A stretch of 64,000 nucleotides of DNA from Amoebidium appalachense (lineage: Eukaryota; Protista; Ichthyosporea). A program made the translations under genes and the position numbers. This document shows positions 22,549 to 36,313 of this stretch, piece by piece. The stretch is from the NCBI GenBank assembly GCA_963693365.1, contig CAVNZM010000008.1, forward strand, positions 5,418,310 through 5,482,309, read 5' to 3'. The stretch's first letter is position 1; each line of letters opens with the position of its first letter. Under the pieces are notes generated by a model. That model saw only the letters and a program-made list of their open reading frames with translations, did no database searches and was not told where the DNA came from.

Positions 22549-23338
22549 GGGGAACCCCAACTAATTGATTTCTCCTTGTAGTCTTTATGGTGTCTCGTAG
22601 AGAAAGTAAACCCTGATATATAGTCACCACCCGACATCTATGTACGTGATCATGATATACCGCTGAGGGGATATTCCGAGCAAACCCCCCCCCCCCCATA
22701 CCTGAGACTGGTTCTCTTTGCCTCGAGTAAACAGCGTAAACCCCCGTCTATCTATCAGTATCAATGTTAGGCAGTTTGTGGTACAGATTTCGGGGTTCAA
22801 TCCCCCGTGCCCCCGCTAGGGAGACTGTTCACCTATTTGTAGTCCGCGCCAAGGTGGCCCGGCTCACCTCCCCAAATGAGTCGAGCCGAGTAAGAGATAC
22901 GAGTCTGCCCTTCACTGGTATCTAGACATCCATGGCCTCTGACTTTGACGCCGGCGGCTATCAACGTGGATTCGGCCCGTAGAACGGTGGCCCGGACCGG
23001 ACCTTGCAGTAGATGGTGTTATGGTGACGTCATGTGTTTGTGCGTCATGGGGCTCTGGGCTTGGCAAACCGAGGGGCCGCGAAAAAAATTGAATACTATG
23101 AGGAGTCGCTCTCCGATCTCCAGAAAATGCCGCGGCCGGCCCGGCCCCCGGGGAAAGTTTACGCGCTCAATGGCACTGTGAAAGGAAGAAAGGGACGTCA
23201 CAGGAACAGGAAGAAAAAAGATAAACTCTTTGTTGCTTAGAATAGGATTTTCTTGGTATTATCTTCAGTCTCTTTTTCTTCTCGCTATCTCCAGCTCGTA
23301 CAGAGCTATTGCCCGGCGGTGCCCGGCGGCCGGCCGGG

Positions 23339-23798
23339 CCGGCCCATCTATCATCTATGGGGACCAGACGCGTACCGTGCTGCCCGCAGCCCTACAAAAA
23401 AATAGATACAATAGTTACAAATCCTTTACTTACAGTAACCTATATTATGTACTTACGGTTTTTATTCGAAAACCTTTATAATAGTATGAACATTTATTTA
23501 AAGGGTACTCTACATGCTATCTTTTCTGGTTTACAGCGGCGCAAAAAAACTTGAGGCACCCTTGCTAATGTCATTCGGACAACGGCGCTGGCCGCGTGTG
23601 ATTCTGCCGGGCCCTAACGTGCGCTCATGACATTTAAGTTTAACGATCCTTTAATCAAGATATTGAACCATTCAAAACTTTCGTTACGTTTAAATTATTA
23701 GTGGAAATTTCTCGGAATGGTTATTCTGTTTGAAGTGTGACCCTATCATCATGTACACATACCCCTTGCCCCTGTATACTAAGAATTTTAAGGTCAGA
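23339..23798 (+). mobile_element. Dispersed family B element (~460 bp, non-coding)
   Basis: Colinear reverse-complement match to 13201-13660 with small indels. No clear TIR or TSD seen. Confidence 0.85.
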
Positions 23799-25997
23799 AC
23801 GCCGGCCCTCTTGGCACCACTTCAAGGAGCAATGTCATAAAAGGCGACAACAATAATGTCAGTGTGTAGTAATCTCTACTGAGACCATACATTTTTACAT
23901 ACTTGTAAAATGCAAATATTCTATTTTAATATGAATGTGTAAGTGAGGCAAGTTGATGTGTTAGTTATGGAGAAAGGGTTCATTTTGAAATTTCACTATG
24001 TAATTGATCACATTTCATATGTAGGATTATCGGCCCCCACTGAGTATCGGGAGTTAGGGAGTATGGGGGATTACGATCTGCCGTTATGCACATGCATGGT
24101 TCATGCCTGCCATGGCCCACCGTTGACCGTGAGCAGCGAAGAAACAACACTTCGAACTTGTTGAACTGCGCGGAACTCTCTACGTACAGATATTACCACT
24201 TTCTTTCCATAGTAAAATTTTTTTTGGTTCTTCTTTTTTGAGCGGAGATGTAGTGGCAACAGCCAGCCGGCTTTCTTGGTCAACCCGGAATAGTGTTAGA
24301 ATGGGCGAAGAGCAGGGAAAGTAAGCGCACTCAATTTGATTGGTGGGGATATAACGGACCAATAGTCTCATATATCATATATTATATCATATATGGTATA
24401 TGAGGAAATTTAGTTTTGAACATTTATTCGTTATATATCTAGTTATATATATAAAACAACACACACCCAGCACACCCGGGGTTGGGTATTTGTACTATTC
24501 GCAAAGTATTCTCCCCAATCGTTGTGTTGTTGGCGTCATAAAAAGCATGCCCAAAGGGCATTATATCGATTGTGCGAGCGCCTCGATTGATTGGTGCTAA
24601 GCACCCTACATATAAGACAAAAAAGAGGGGCAGGGTGAATGGAGAGGTGGTTCCTCTTTTACAATAGGGAGGATCCATGGACTTAAATTAATTAAAACCA
24701 TAAATGTAGATGGACATGGTTGATTCTTGTTTATACCTTTAGGCAAATTCTTCGGAGAAGCAGACTCTCAAGTCTCTCATGTGAGCTACTCAAGGGTTTA
24801 AATGACCAAAGGCAATAAAGAGGTATTCGTGACGATATCGTGCATGAGCCCTTCAAGCATTGTGATTCGTCGACAATCATGCCGAACAAAATATGCTAAT
24901 CTAAAATAGACCTGGTTGGTGAGCAAACTGCCAATTAGATTGCACGAACTGGGTTCACTCGTTTAGGGGGCCATTAATGCTTGCTAACAAACTCGAGGTC
25001 AGCGAAACTAAGTCACTGTAGCCGGCCAGCACAGTGTTCCTACACGTATTAGAAGTATTTTTTTTCTACATATTTTTCCTCATATTTCCTAATGATGTTA
25101 TGCCTGGTAGACAGGGGAGGAGCATTGAAAACACGTGGCGTTATCAGCACTCATTCATGATCTGATGGTCAGACTCCTGTGATCAGTTCATCTGGTATGT
25201 GCCGCACCCAGATTTCAAAGTCTGGGTGTTGAGTCGACCTCGTCAGTGTGAGTCTGAGTGACTCCCGCTCCCGGCCGCAACAGGCTTTGCGTTTATATCT
25301 AGGTTAAACTAATTCATAATAGTAGCGGGTTTTCTACAACTTCTATTGCTTCGCCATTTTTCAAACTCATATACATACATCGACATACAATCAGGTCAAA
25401 CATTTTAGATGGCGAAGCCTTGGTAACAGGGCGTGAATTTTCAGAAAATGCAACAGTGACCTTCTAAAAAACAGTGTTTCGTTCTGCAGCGCTCGACTCT
25501 TTTTAGCATTTTGACTGAAACTCTGTCTTTTGTGGGTTATATTTAAAGTTATATTCCTCAGTTATACAATATTAATAACAGCACATTCCCCTCAGTTATA
25601 CCGGACTAACCGGAATCCCGACAAAAGGGAAAGCTTTTTCTTCAAGCCCTGATTAGTTCACATTCCAGATATCTTGAATTGATGTTTGGCTTACGAGTTC
25701 TGATTGGCCGCCGATACGTGCTACTCGGTACGCACATAGCAAACTATAAATAACAAGGGGCCACCCCAACCCCCTCTTCAGAACGTGAAGTGTGCCATGC
25801 TGCATAAAAAGCGAGAGGATAGACAGAAGCGAAGGGGTGAGAGGGAGACACACGGGTGTGGTGATTTCTACAAGTGAGTGTGTGTACTACACTCTCTGTT
25901 GGTGCCGTTCTTCAGGGTGTACACGTACACTGCACAAAGTCAATTTGTTCTCCGGATATACTCACCATTTTCCTGTTATCACATCACCACCGCCACC

Positions 25998-27024
25998 ATG
26001 CACAGCGCGGTTGCCCTACTTGCCCTTCTTGGGCTCTCCATTCCTTCCGCAGCCCAAACAATGTACGCCACCGGTGACGTTATTATTGTTGGTGCGGGTG
26101 TAGCGGGCCTGAACGCGGCCAGATCTATCACGAAGGCTGGTAAGAGTGTTATTCTCCTTGAGGCGAGGAGTAGGGTCGGAGGGCGTGTGTGGACCGATAG
26201 GACCAAGTTTGGGTTCCCGGTGGACTTGGGTGCCAGTTGGATTCATGGGAACACAGCCAGCCACCCGATTACAAAGTAAGTGTTGGTGGTTTTCTCTCGG
26301 GTTTCCTCCCTTTTCCCGCTTTCCCCATCCCCGATCGTTTCTTCTTTGTTGGTGTCACAGGCTGGTGGGGAAGCTGTTGAAACGCGTCTTGGGATATGTC
26401 CCTCTTCCGTGAATGTGGTGAATATGTGCCTCAAGTGCGCATTTTTTTTTTTTTTTTTTTTTTTTTTGGTTGTTGTTTTGTTTTAAATTTTTATATATGG
26501 CTCCGATCATCACAGATGCGCGCACATTCGCTCATTACGACGATTGATTCTGCCACACCTGTGGCAAAAGTATTGTCTTCTACCCATACCCCACGTCCTC
26601 CCCTTCCCGACCAAAAAAAATGGAGCTTCCAGACCGTTCCGTTCTTTTTATTCCCTTTGTTCTACCTTCAAACATGTTGGCAATGCCTTTTTAATTTATT
26701 TATTTTTATTTTATTTTATTTTATTTTTTATTTTTTTTGCGCCGCTCCCCTCCTCCTTTCTCCTTCTCAGGCCACCTTTTCCTTTCCTGTTTTTTCTTTT
26801 CTCTTTTCTCTTTTTCTTTCTTTCTTTTTTTTTTTTTTTTTTGTGTCCTTCTAACGAAGAATCGTTTTTTTGCCCTTTCCGCACACAGGGAGGCCGCTGC
26901 AGGGGGCATCAGCACGGTGATCACCAACTGGGACGACGACACCATGTACTACTCTAACGGCAACGAGGTGTCGGACTCGGCCGCCACAAACGCCGAGAAC
27001 CTGTTCGGCCAAGCCGAGGACGTA

Positions 27025-27077
<53 letters not shown>

Positions 27078-27452
27078 AAAAAAAAAAAAGTAAAAATAAA
27101 ATAAAAATGAAAATGAAAAAAAATAAAACCAATAATATATAAATTTCAATGATTAAAAAATTAATAGATAAATAGATAGCAGATGTATGAATAGACACGT
27201 ACCTATAAAACACACGCGCAATAAGTAAGACCTGGCACACGTAAAAGAAAAGAATGGATTAAAAGAATGATATGATCGCAGAGGTGCCAAGTAGCAACAT
27301 ACATAAAACAGGATTGACAAAAGCATTAGCAGAGGTAACCGAGAGGCATTTGTGTTTGTGCTGCAGTGTACACATGCAATTCTTTTCGAATGTTAACAGC
27401 CTCTCCTTCCCTTACACCCCCCCCCCTCCTCCTCCCCCTCCTCCCCCTCCAA

Positions 27453-27494
<42 letters not shown>

Positions 27495-28479
27495 CGCTGC
27501 GACCATGGAGAGAACCCGCCGCAATGTGGGCCAGGGCGACATTCCCCTCTCCACCGCCATTTCTTCTTTCATCGCAAGCAAGAAGCTCTCTGGCGAAGCT
27601 TTAACCCTTTTCAAGTGGAACGTCGACTCAAACATCGCAAACGAATACGGCGCCGACCCGGTCTCCATGTCTCTCTTCGAATGGGACTCTGACGGTGAAT
27701 TCAATGGTGACGAGCGTCTTTTCCCCAACGGATACGACCAGATTACCAGCAAAATTTACCGCGAGGCCTTGGTGACGGGAAGGCTCAGGCTCTACCTTAG
27801 CCATATCGTCAAATCGGTGAGCTACAGCGGCGGGAAAGTCGTGGTCAGTTGCGCCAACGGAAGGTATTTCCAAGGGAAGCGTATCATTGTCACCGTTCCC
27901 CTGGGCGTCCTCAAGAACCCCACGGCAAGCACCGGCATCGCGTTTTCCCCGGCCCTCCCGGCCGATAAGACGACGGCAATCGGCGCGCTCGGAATGGGCA
28001 CCCTGAACAAGATTTACGTCAGCTTCCCTACCGCGTTCTGGGACAACACGGACATTATCAGCATAGTTTCCTCGACCTACGGCCAATTTACGGAGGGGAT
28101 CAACCTCAAGAAGGAGTTTGGCAAGAACGCGCTGCTCTTCTTCCAAGGCGGCAGCTACGCCGTCGCCTCCGAGGCCAAGACCGACGACCAGTTAGCCAAT
28201 GAGCTCATGGCGATTTTGCGAAACATTTACGGCGACAACATTCCTAACCCGACCGCAAAATTGGTCACGAGGTGGACGCGCGACCCTTACACCTTCGGCT
28301 CCTACTCCTATCAGAAGACCGGATCGAACCCCGGCCACCGCACGAACCTGGCCAAATCGGTGAACAATATGCTTTGGTTTGCCGGAGAGGCCGCACACAA
28401 CACCTACCCGTCTACCGTCCACGGTGCTTTCCTGTCGGGCCAAACGGCGGCAACGCAGGTCTTGGGGTCGGGAATCTAA
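25998..28479 (+). CDS. Secreted FAD-dependent amine oxidase (polyamine oxidase / LSD1-type Amino_oxidase family)
   Basis: Exons 25998-26275, 26889-27021 and 27493-28479 are phase-consistent and give 465 aa. GCCACCATG start, signal peptide MHSAVALLALLGLSIPSAA, GAGVAG FAD motif, EARSRVGGR, DLGASWIHG, W-x-x-DPY-x-x-GSYS and FAGEA...STVHGAFLSG. Confidence 0.95.
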
Positions 28480-29299
28480 ATATAGATTTTGCGAGCTAAA
28501 GTTAGATTGGGCCCATTGTTGAGCCGGTGGCCCGGGTGGCGTTTAGTTTGATTTACGAAGGTGATGGGTTGTTGTAGTGTGATATAATATATCACGTGTT
28601 AGATAATGTAGGCTATAGTGATAAGATGATTGTTGGCAGATAGATGAAGATGAAATATCGCAATGGATATCTCTTGTGTATCTAATTTCTGATTACGGGA
28701 TATAAATATAATCCACTTGCGCTTGGTATATATAAACGGTGAATAGTGATTTATAATAACAGAGAACAGCTCGCATTGTTCGCAAGACTCTGTCCTTAGT
28801 AAAATGTAGTGTTGCCTTGATTTAGAATTAGGCCCGCCGGCGACAGAATGCATGACTGTAAAAGTATCCAATACACATGCATATGTAGACCATACTGTGT
28901 GCCCCGGAGATTGTTTCCCCCCCCCCCCCCTCCCCCCCCCCCCCCCCCTCCCCGGGACCCCGGCCCACCGTCCCCTTCCCACACACACACACACACACAC
29001 TACACAAAGCAACCTACCAATAGTAACAACCAAAACAACAACCATCTCTGGGGGAGGGGGCCGGGGGGACATAAAAAATAATTCAGGAAAAAAGAAGATT
29101 AAGTAGGAGGCTTTTCGAGGGGCAGTGCCCTCAACTTGCATGATTGCCCATTACACCGACATAGACAGTCGCAAATCAATTAATCTTCTTTTCTTTTTTT
29201 TTTTCCCAAAAAGAACGGACGAATAGGCCCTCAGAAGGGATGTTGAAACGGTGAAAAAAGACTCGAATCCCCTCCCACGTCTCCCTCCTCCTTCCCCCC

Positions 29300-29330
<31 letters not shown>

Positions 29331-29674
29331 AAAAAAAAAAAAAAAATCAAATAAAGGATAACTTGATAAAAAGTCCTTATAAGAAAAGCTGAAATACTTT
29401 GAAAAGGAAAGAAAAAAGGAAGAAAAAGAAAACGAACGACAATGAGCTGAAAACAAGATCACCCCTTTAAGTGGAAAAGGGAAATGACTGACTCGAGATC
29501 TAGAGTGGCCAATTGAAGTGCAATGACCTCCAACTTTATGCTTTTCCATCATCCCCTTCCCCTCCCCCCTCCCCCCCCCCCCCCCCCCTCCCCCCTCCCT
29601 CCCTCCCCTCCCCCCCCCTCCCCCCCTCCAACTGTGGTCTAGGGATCATTGGAGAAGTTCCCTTCCCCTTTTTC

Positions 29675-29709
<35 letters not shown>

Positions 29710-30168
29710 CCCTCGGCCCCTCCCTAAGCCTCCGGATCCCTCTCCCCTCGCCCCCTTCCCCCCCCCTCCCCCTCCCAAATCAGCACACACTCATACGCAC
29801 ACTCGCACACACACCCACACGTGTGGAGAGAGAGACACAACTATTAATATGCATGCACACCGTCATCGCACACACTGTGCACACACACGCGCACGCACGC
29901 GCACATACACGCACACACACACACACACAAACACACACATACACAATCATGTAACACGAATTTGCGTGCATCCCTAAGACGCGCGTGCACGTGCGCCCAA
30001 ATAATATTACACATGTACACGCGCATGCTCGCGCGCGCGCGTGCACACTCACACACACACACACACAGTGACCCTAAAGATAAAAAAGGAAAACACGCCA
30101 CATGCACACACAAATTACATAACCCACGCGGGGGGGGGGGGGAGGGGGGGGGGGGAGGGCCGGGGAGG

Positions 30169-30201
<33 letters not shown>

Positions 30202-30208
30202 GGAGAGT

Positions 30209-30239
<31 letters not shown>

Positions 30240-30277
30240 GACTTTGAAATAGTGCACATACACACGCATGCATGCAT

Positions 30278-30339
<62 letters not shown>

Positions 30340-30356
30340 TGACACACACACACACA

Positions 30357-30437
<81 letters not shown>

Positions 30438-30454
30438 TGACACACACACACACA

Positions 30455-30508
<54 letters not shown>

Positions 30509-31375
30509 GCGCACGCACGAGCGTCTGCAAACACCTTGCGAGAGGGGAATCAAAGTTTCAAAAGCCTTATATAAAACGATCACATAGCACTCTTTGCAAA
30601 TTGCCTTCAGCGGCGTGTTTGGTAGACCGTGGAATCGTATTCATCTGGGGTAAATGCCAAGATTGCATAAAAACACGATGAAAAAACGTATTCAGCGCAC
30701 CCGCGCTGGCAAAAAAGCCCTAATGCACATGCCGCAATAGCTTGTATCTTTGTCTCCTTGATACATAGTGAGAAGTTCTGCGGGTCAGGCTGGGAGGCGG
30801 GCAGACTGGGAGGCTGGGTAGGTGGGTGCGGCGGCCGGGGAAGGGGGGGAGGGGGGGGGGGGGGGGGGGGTTCTTGTTGTAGCCTGTGCGTGTGCTCATC
30901 ACGGAAAATGTTGCACGCAGGGGCGGGGGTTGGTGGTTCAGAGATGGTGGTAATTTGTGTGCATATACGTGTGCGTGTGCGTGTGTGTTTGTGTAAGTGT
31001 GTATATGGGGGGGGGGGGGGGGGGGGGAGGGGAGGCAGAGATAGAGAGACATAGACGAAGGGAGAGAGGAGAGGGGAGATGGTGCCCGGGGCGGGGAGGG
31101 GGGGGGGGGGAGGGGAGGGGGGGAACAGAGGAGGAGGAGGAGGGGGGGGGGGGGGGGGGGGGAGGGGGAGGGGGGAGGGTCTCCACATACTGCATCTTTT
31201 TCACCAACAAGGCAACCTCTTTTATTCCCAGGCCTTATTTATCATCGACACAAGACCGATTTGATGTGATGAGGTATGATAAGTTGATGTACAAAGTTGT
31301 GGCAAAACATCACACGGGGAGGGGGGTGGAGATCGGGATGTGTTCATGTGTTTGTGCTTGGAATTCTGTGTCTGG

Positions 31376-31438
<63 letters not shown>

Positions 31439-31443
31439 ACGTG

Positions 31444-31483
<40 letters not shown>

Positions 31484-32036
31484 CACGTGTGTGTGTATGT
31501 GTCTGTGTGTGTAAGGGGGGAGGGGGGGGGGGGGGGGGGGGGGGGGGGTTGAAAAGGAAAAGTGAAATTTATTCAATTCAGGTGTTGATGAGGCAGGGCT
31601 AAAGGGACGCCAGCGTACGTGCTTCTTGGCCCAAAGGTTTTATTTTCCCAGCCTCGGTCGGCCGAAGATCTAGATGGGTTGGAGGAGATAGGAGTGGGGT
31701 ATGGGGAGGGGGAAGGACTAAGCCATATTCAAAATTAAGATCATCGAACCAATCAGATTGCAGAGATTATAGCGCGATCCAGTCAGGTTATAGATAATAT
31801 AGTGCGGACTGTGCGATGCTCTATTACAGCTTTAGGTCCAATCAAAACCTGGATCGTATTGAAAATGCGCTAGGGCAAAACGTGCCATAATCAAAATCTA
31901 AGGGCGATCGGACCGGGCATAAGAGACGCGCATTCGCACAATTACACACGCAGCAAACATTCTGTCAGAAAGATGTAAAATTGGCAAGCCCCGGGCCACG
32001 AAAGAAGGTTGGGGTGGTGTTGGTGGTGGTGGTGGT

Positions 32037-32078
<42 letters not shown>

Positions 32079-32167
32079 GGGGGGGAGGGGGGAGGGACAA
32101 ACGGAAAGGTGGGTAACAGGCTATTGAGATGGGAGGTGGGAGGGGGGGAGGGGGGGGGGGGGGGGGG

Positions 32168-32420
32168 GGTTGAATGCGTCACTGAGTACGAAGTACACAA
32201 GAACAACGGATAACACGATGCAGAATGCAAACCATACGTAAAGAGTATGCATAATAAGCAGAGCCCATCCTCAGGGGGGGCCCACGTCATCCACAGTACC
32301 CGAAATTCGACCTATTCCGGGCCTCGTTAACGAAACCTACCTCAGATACTGTTTCACTTGAACATGGGTGGGTCACCCGTCTTGATCAGAGACGAGCAGG
32401 GTTACTTACGCAGGCAAGGG
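32168..32420 (-). mobile_element. Dispersed repeat family A, subfamily 2 (longer copy)
   Basis: Starts at a poly-G edge with GGTTGAATGCG. Shares blocks GTACGAAGTAC, AAGCAGAGCCCATCCTCAGGG and GTCTTGATCA(G/A)AGACGAGCAGGGTT with the 58.1-kb and 7.9-kb copies. Confidence 0.75.
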
Positions 32421-33230
32421 CAGTGGGAAAGGCCGGGGGTTAAAGTTGCAGCAGTAAGCAGAAGCAAGAAGAATATAGATAGGAACTCAGGAGACGGGGC
32501 TGCTGGGAACCTCCCCCGTCGCTACCTAAGTCGATACTTCCGTGGCTAACATACTACACCAGCTGAAAAGAATTAAGTCCCGAAGGTCGCAGAATTCGCA
32601 ATCAGAGGGGAAAATATGAGATTTGACCCACGTCGCAGGATAGTAACACGCTTACTAGGGCGGAACTGTAACGTCTTCGAACGGAAAGCGATGCCCCCGG
32701 ATGTCAGCCGGAAATATGGTATCACCCATTGCTTTGGGCTTGAAAAATGCCAAACCGATAGTCCGAGTTATGTTACGCCGTATGGGTTCCAGGGAGCTGT
32801 CGCCAACAGAGCGGTGGGTGCATGCATGCGTGTAATGCAATGTGTGAAGTGTGTCTATGCTATGAGAGGGGGTATGCAGAAGTGGACATATGAAGTGTGT
32901 GGAGAGAAAAACAGTAGGAGGAAAAGTAGACACCGGTGTGTGCAACCCCGCACAACATACATACACACACACACACACACATAAATAAGCGAAGATTACA
33001 GGTAATCAACCAGAACACCTGCAAAACAACAGGCGCAAAAAAAAAAAGGGGGGGGGGGGGGGGGGGGGGGGGGGGGTCTTAGGGATGCCGCAGAATCGTC
33101 AGATATTAGACAAATCGTACCAATACGATCATTCTCTCATATATGAGAGAAGATTGTGACTAACGATGTGCAGAGCTGGTTAAGACCTGTTGAGTGTGCA
33201 GAGAAAATGGGAGGGGAGGGAGGAGGGGAA

Positions 33231-33275
<45 letters not shown>

Positions 33276-33496
33276 AGAGAGGGGAGGGAGTGTTAAGAGT
33301 GTCAGTAGTCTCAGGGGACCCTGCAGAGTCCTTAGATATCAGACAAAAACGCACCAACGACCAAGTTCTCCAAGGGGAGAAATGCGTAAAACGTTCTGCA
33401 GAGTGGGTTAGAGACCTGCTGATGAGAAGAGTGTATACAGGGTTTGGCCAGGGGGGGAGGGGGGGGGGAAGGGGGGGGAAGAAGGTAGGAGGGGAA

Positions 33497-33531
<35 letters not shown>

Positions 33532-33944
33532 GGTGTGAAAAAGTGTGACAGATGCATGTGGGTGGGCAATAGCATGAGGTCAGATGTTACCCAACCAAAA
33601 ATAGTCGATGTTTTAGGCGCCATTTTTGGTTGGTCACTAACCATAAATAGTTGGTTGCTTCACCTTTGCTGGCAAATTTTTATAGCCGGTAAAAGCTGCC
33701 TGCGGGACTACTATTTCTACAAAACAATGTAGTATACTATGTTAAAAGGATTCAGGTAATGTTTTACGACAAAAAAAGCGCCGTCTTGGCAGGGGATGAT
33801 AACATCTCTACAAATTCAGCCAGTCAGTAATGCCATGATGCTATAAGGTGTGGTGGTGTTGGCGCTCTCTTCTCCTTCTGTTCTTCTACCCCCCCCCCCC
33901 CCCCCCCCCCCCCCCCTCTCTCTCTCTCTCTCTTATTGTTGTGC

Positions 33945-34009
<65 letters not shown>

Positions 34010-34481
34010 CTTTTGCCAGAATACAAATTCTCATACCGAATCTTCCATTATCGGGCCCAGCCCATATTCAAATCAGCGCAGCGAACAAACGTACAGCAGA
34101 AAAAACCTTCACCCTCAATATTTTCGCATTTCCAGACATTTGTAAAAGACCTCCATCCACACCACCAATCGATGAGAATGGAACACAAGACCCCCCCCCC
34201 CCCCCCCCCCCCCCCAAATATGATCTTACAAGAAAAAGACGTGCGATACGGGAGGTCGCTCTGTGTACAATGCAATGTTCTACTTTAAGTTCTAAATTTT
34301 CAATCAACTATAGCTCACTATACAAGAAGCGGCAAAACCAAGAGCGTGTTGAGGGGGGGGGGAAAGGAGGAAGGGCAGGGGGCGGGTATTCGTAGGAGAA
34401 CATGTGATGCATTTTATAGGTCAACTGTGCTCTTGGGTGTGTGTGCGTGTGTGCGTGAGGGTGCCCGCGCCCGAGCGCGCG

Positions 34482-34546
<65 letters not shown>

Positions 34547-34960
34547 GTGTGTTCAAGGTGCGGCAACTTGATAAACTGGCCCTATATTGCACGAAGACGG
34601 TTAGTTGATTGTCGCACGTGTTGTTTACCTAAATGTCCTAGTACACATATGTAGAATGGTTTCCGCCTCTCGGCCCCCATTTATGCACAGTTGCCTAGTG
34701 TGGGTGAGTGTGTATGGGTTGGCATTCCTAATACATTCCGCTTTGAAAACCAAGAAGAAACGGTACAACTATTGGAAGGACGAGCCCCCCAGGTCCGCAT
34801 AAAAAAGAAGAAGAGAGGACCCTCCCCTGGCGAGAGAAAGGGGGGGGGAAGGGAGGGGGGGGGGGGGGAGGGGGGGGGGGGGGGGAGGGGGAGGTTCAAA
34901 CAAGGGAAATGAAGAAATCTCAATTCGGAGAAAGGGGCGCGCGGGTGGATGATGTTTTTT

Positions 34961-36313
34961 TCACGAAACAACCTGTTTTGAAAACACAGCCAGCTTTTCC
35001 GACACGCCGTCAAAACTCGCGTGCCGTTTGAACGCCGTGTCTGCATCGTCGTCCATTTCCCCCGAGCGGTAAAACGGACTGAACCCCCCAACCCCCAATT
35101 TTCGCGTCGCGTGGACATCCAGCGCGCTCTTGCTCGACTCCTTCCCCTGTGCCGAAATTTCCTGCGGGGGAGTTCCATACCGTCTGAGGTCAAAGTAGTG
35201 CTCTGCGTATTCGCGGGGGGTAACATTAACGTCGAACCTCAATTTGCGCAGAATGTGTCGTTCGAGCTTGTTAAAGTGCTCGAGGGAACATGAGGGCAGC
35301 ACGGTCTTAAAGTCATTCACCCACACCGCCATGTCATCCCACACCTTTGCCGCCGCCAAAACGCATCCGATCACGATCCATTTCCAGTTCGCGGGCATCA
35401 GCACCACGCCCGCTTCCTGCTGAAGCCTCGTTATGTAGACCATTGACACGAGCGCGACTTCGCCTTCCAATACCGCCGCCTTAAAGAAACATCGCAGGAA
35501 CGTGTAAATCTCCTCCTCGCTCGGCAGCCGCGTCGCATAATCGGCCGGAACGGTTTTTCTCGATGTGAGCGGGTGCTTCTTTTCGTCAAAGATGTCGTCG
35601 AATTCCGGTAGCGGCTTCCCTGCTTGCAACAGGCCCAACACGACCTCAAACTGACCGTGCAAGGCACGCGCAATGTTCTGGAGCACCGTCTCCCTGTCCA
35701 GACGGGTGATGGTCTGATCTATAAATAGCGTGGAGCAAGAATTAGACTGCAGGAAATCCTTGGTCCCGCCCTTCAGAACGCTCTTGTTGGAGGACACGGA
35801 CCCCCTTTTGGTTTCAACCCCACCACCAGAGGATGAGGATGTGGAAGGGATTGATGAAGACAGGACATCTGCCGAATGAACCTGTCCTGAGGCCGACGGT
35901 GTGATGGTGTCAAGAAATGAGCCCGAGACGGAGCCGCCGTAGAACGAGGACACAGAACGCTGCAACCTGCGAGGTGACCTCTCGCTGATGTGCTGCAGAG
36001 ACTTCTGTGCTGATTGTGAACGAGAGCGCACGGGTGTTCTCTCCTGTGCTTTCTCCATCTGGGGGTTCTGCAACTGTGACTCGGACGTGCATCTACGTGT
36101 GGTTGTGCTAATGGAAGTAGGCGGACGAAGAGCAACATGTGCGTGTGTTTGTTGTTGGTTCTTGTTCTGTTTTCTTGGCGTTACCACAACGTTTGAGTCA
36201 ATTACGCTCTGAACATGTGCGAAATCTTTGTGTCTTTGAGTATGTGTTCCTGACTGAAAGGATGCGTGCCGCCTTGGTTTGGATGACAGGTTGGCGGATT
36301 GAGACTGCCCCAT
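34961..36313 (-). CDS. CCNY: Cyclin Y-like protein, single coding exon
   Basis: 450-aa ORF with cyclin Y signatures SCSTLFID, IFDEKKHPL, PANWKWIVIG..LAAAKVWDDMAVW, LERHIL..LRFDVNV and YFDLR. MGQSQS fits the N-myristoylation consensus. Confidence 0.93.
   Translation of the reverse strand: MGQSQSANLSSKPRRHASFQSGTHTQRHKDFAHVQSVIDSNVVVTPRKQNKNQQQTHAHVALRPPTSISTTTRRCTSESQLQNPQMEKAQERTPVRSRSQSAQKSLQHISERSPRRLQRSVSSFYGGSVSGSFLDTITPSASGQVHSADVLSSSIPSTSSSSGGGVETKRGSVSSNKSVLKGGTKDFLQSNSCSTLFIDQTITRLDRETVLQNIARALHGQFEVVLGLLQAGKPLPEFDDIFDEKKHPLTSRKTVPADYATRLPSEEEIYTFLRCFFKAAVLEGEVALVSMVYITRLQQEAGVVLMPANWKWIVIGCVLAAAKVWDDMAVWVNDFKTVLPSCSLEHFNKLERHILRKLRFDVNVTPREYAEHYFDLRRYGTPPQEISAQGKESSKSALDVHATRKLGVGGFSPFYRSGEMDDDADTAFKRHASFDGVSEKLAVFSKQVVS

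Noticed and set aside
22791-22825. tRNA gene (T-arm CGGGG-TTCAATC-CCCCG)
   Set aside because: No matching 5' acceptor strand, D-arm or anticodon arm. At most a tRNA-derived fragment.
32358-32549. RNase H-like peptide VLIRDEQG in family A
   Set aside because: Too short, and the frame is not conserved with the 58.3-kb copy (1-nt indel).
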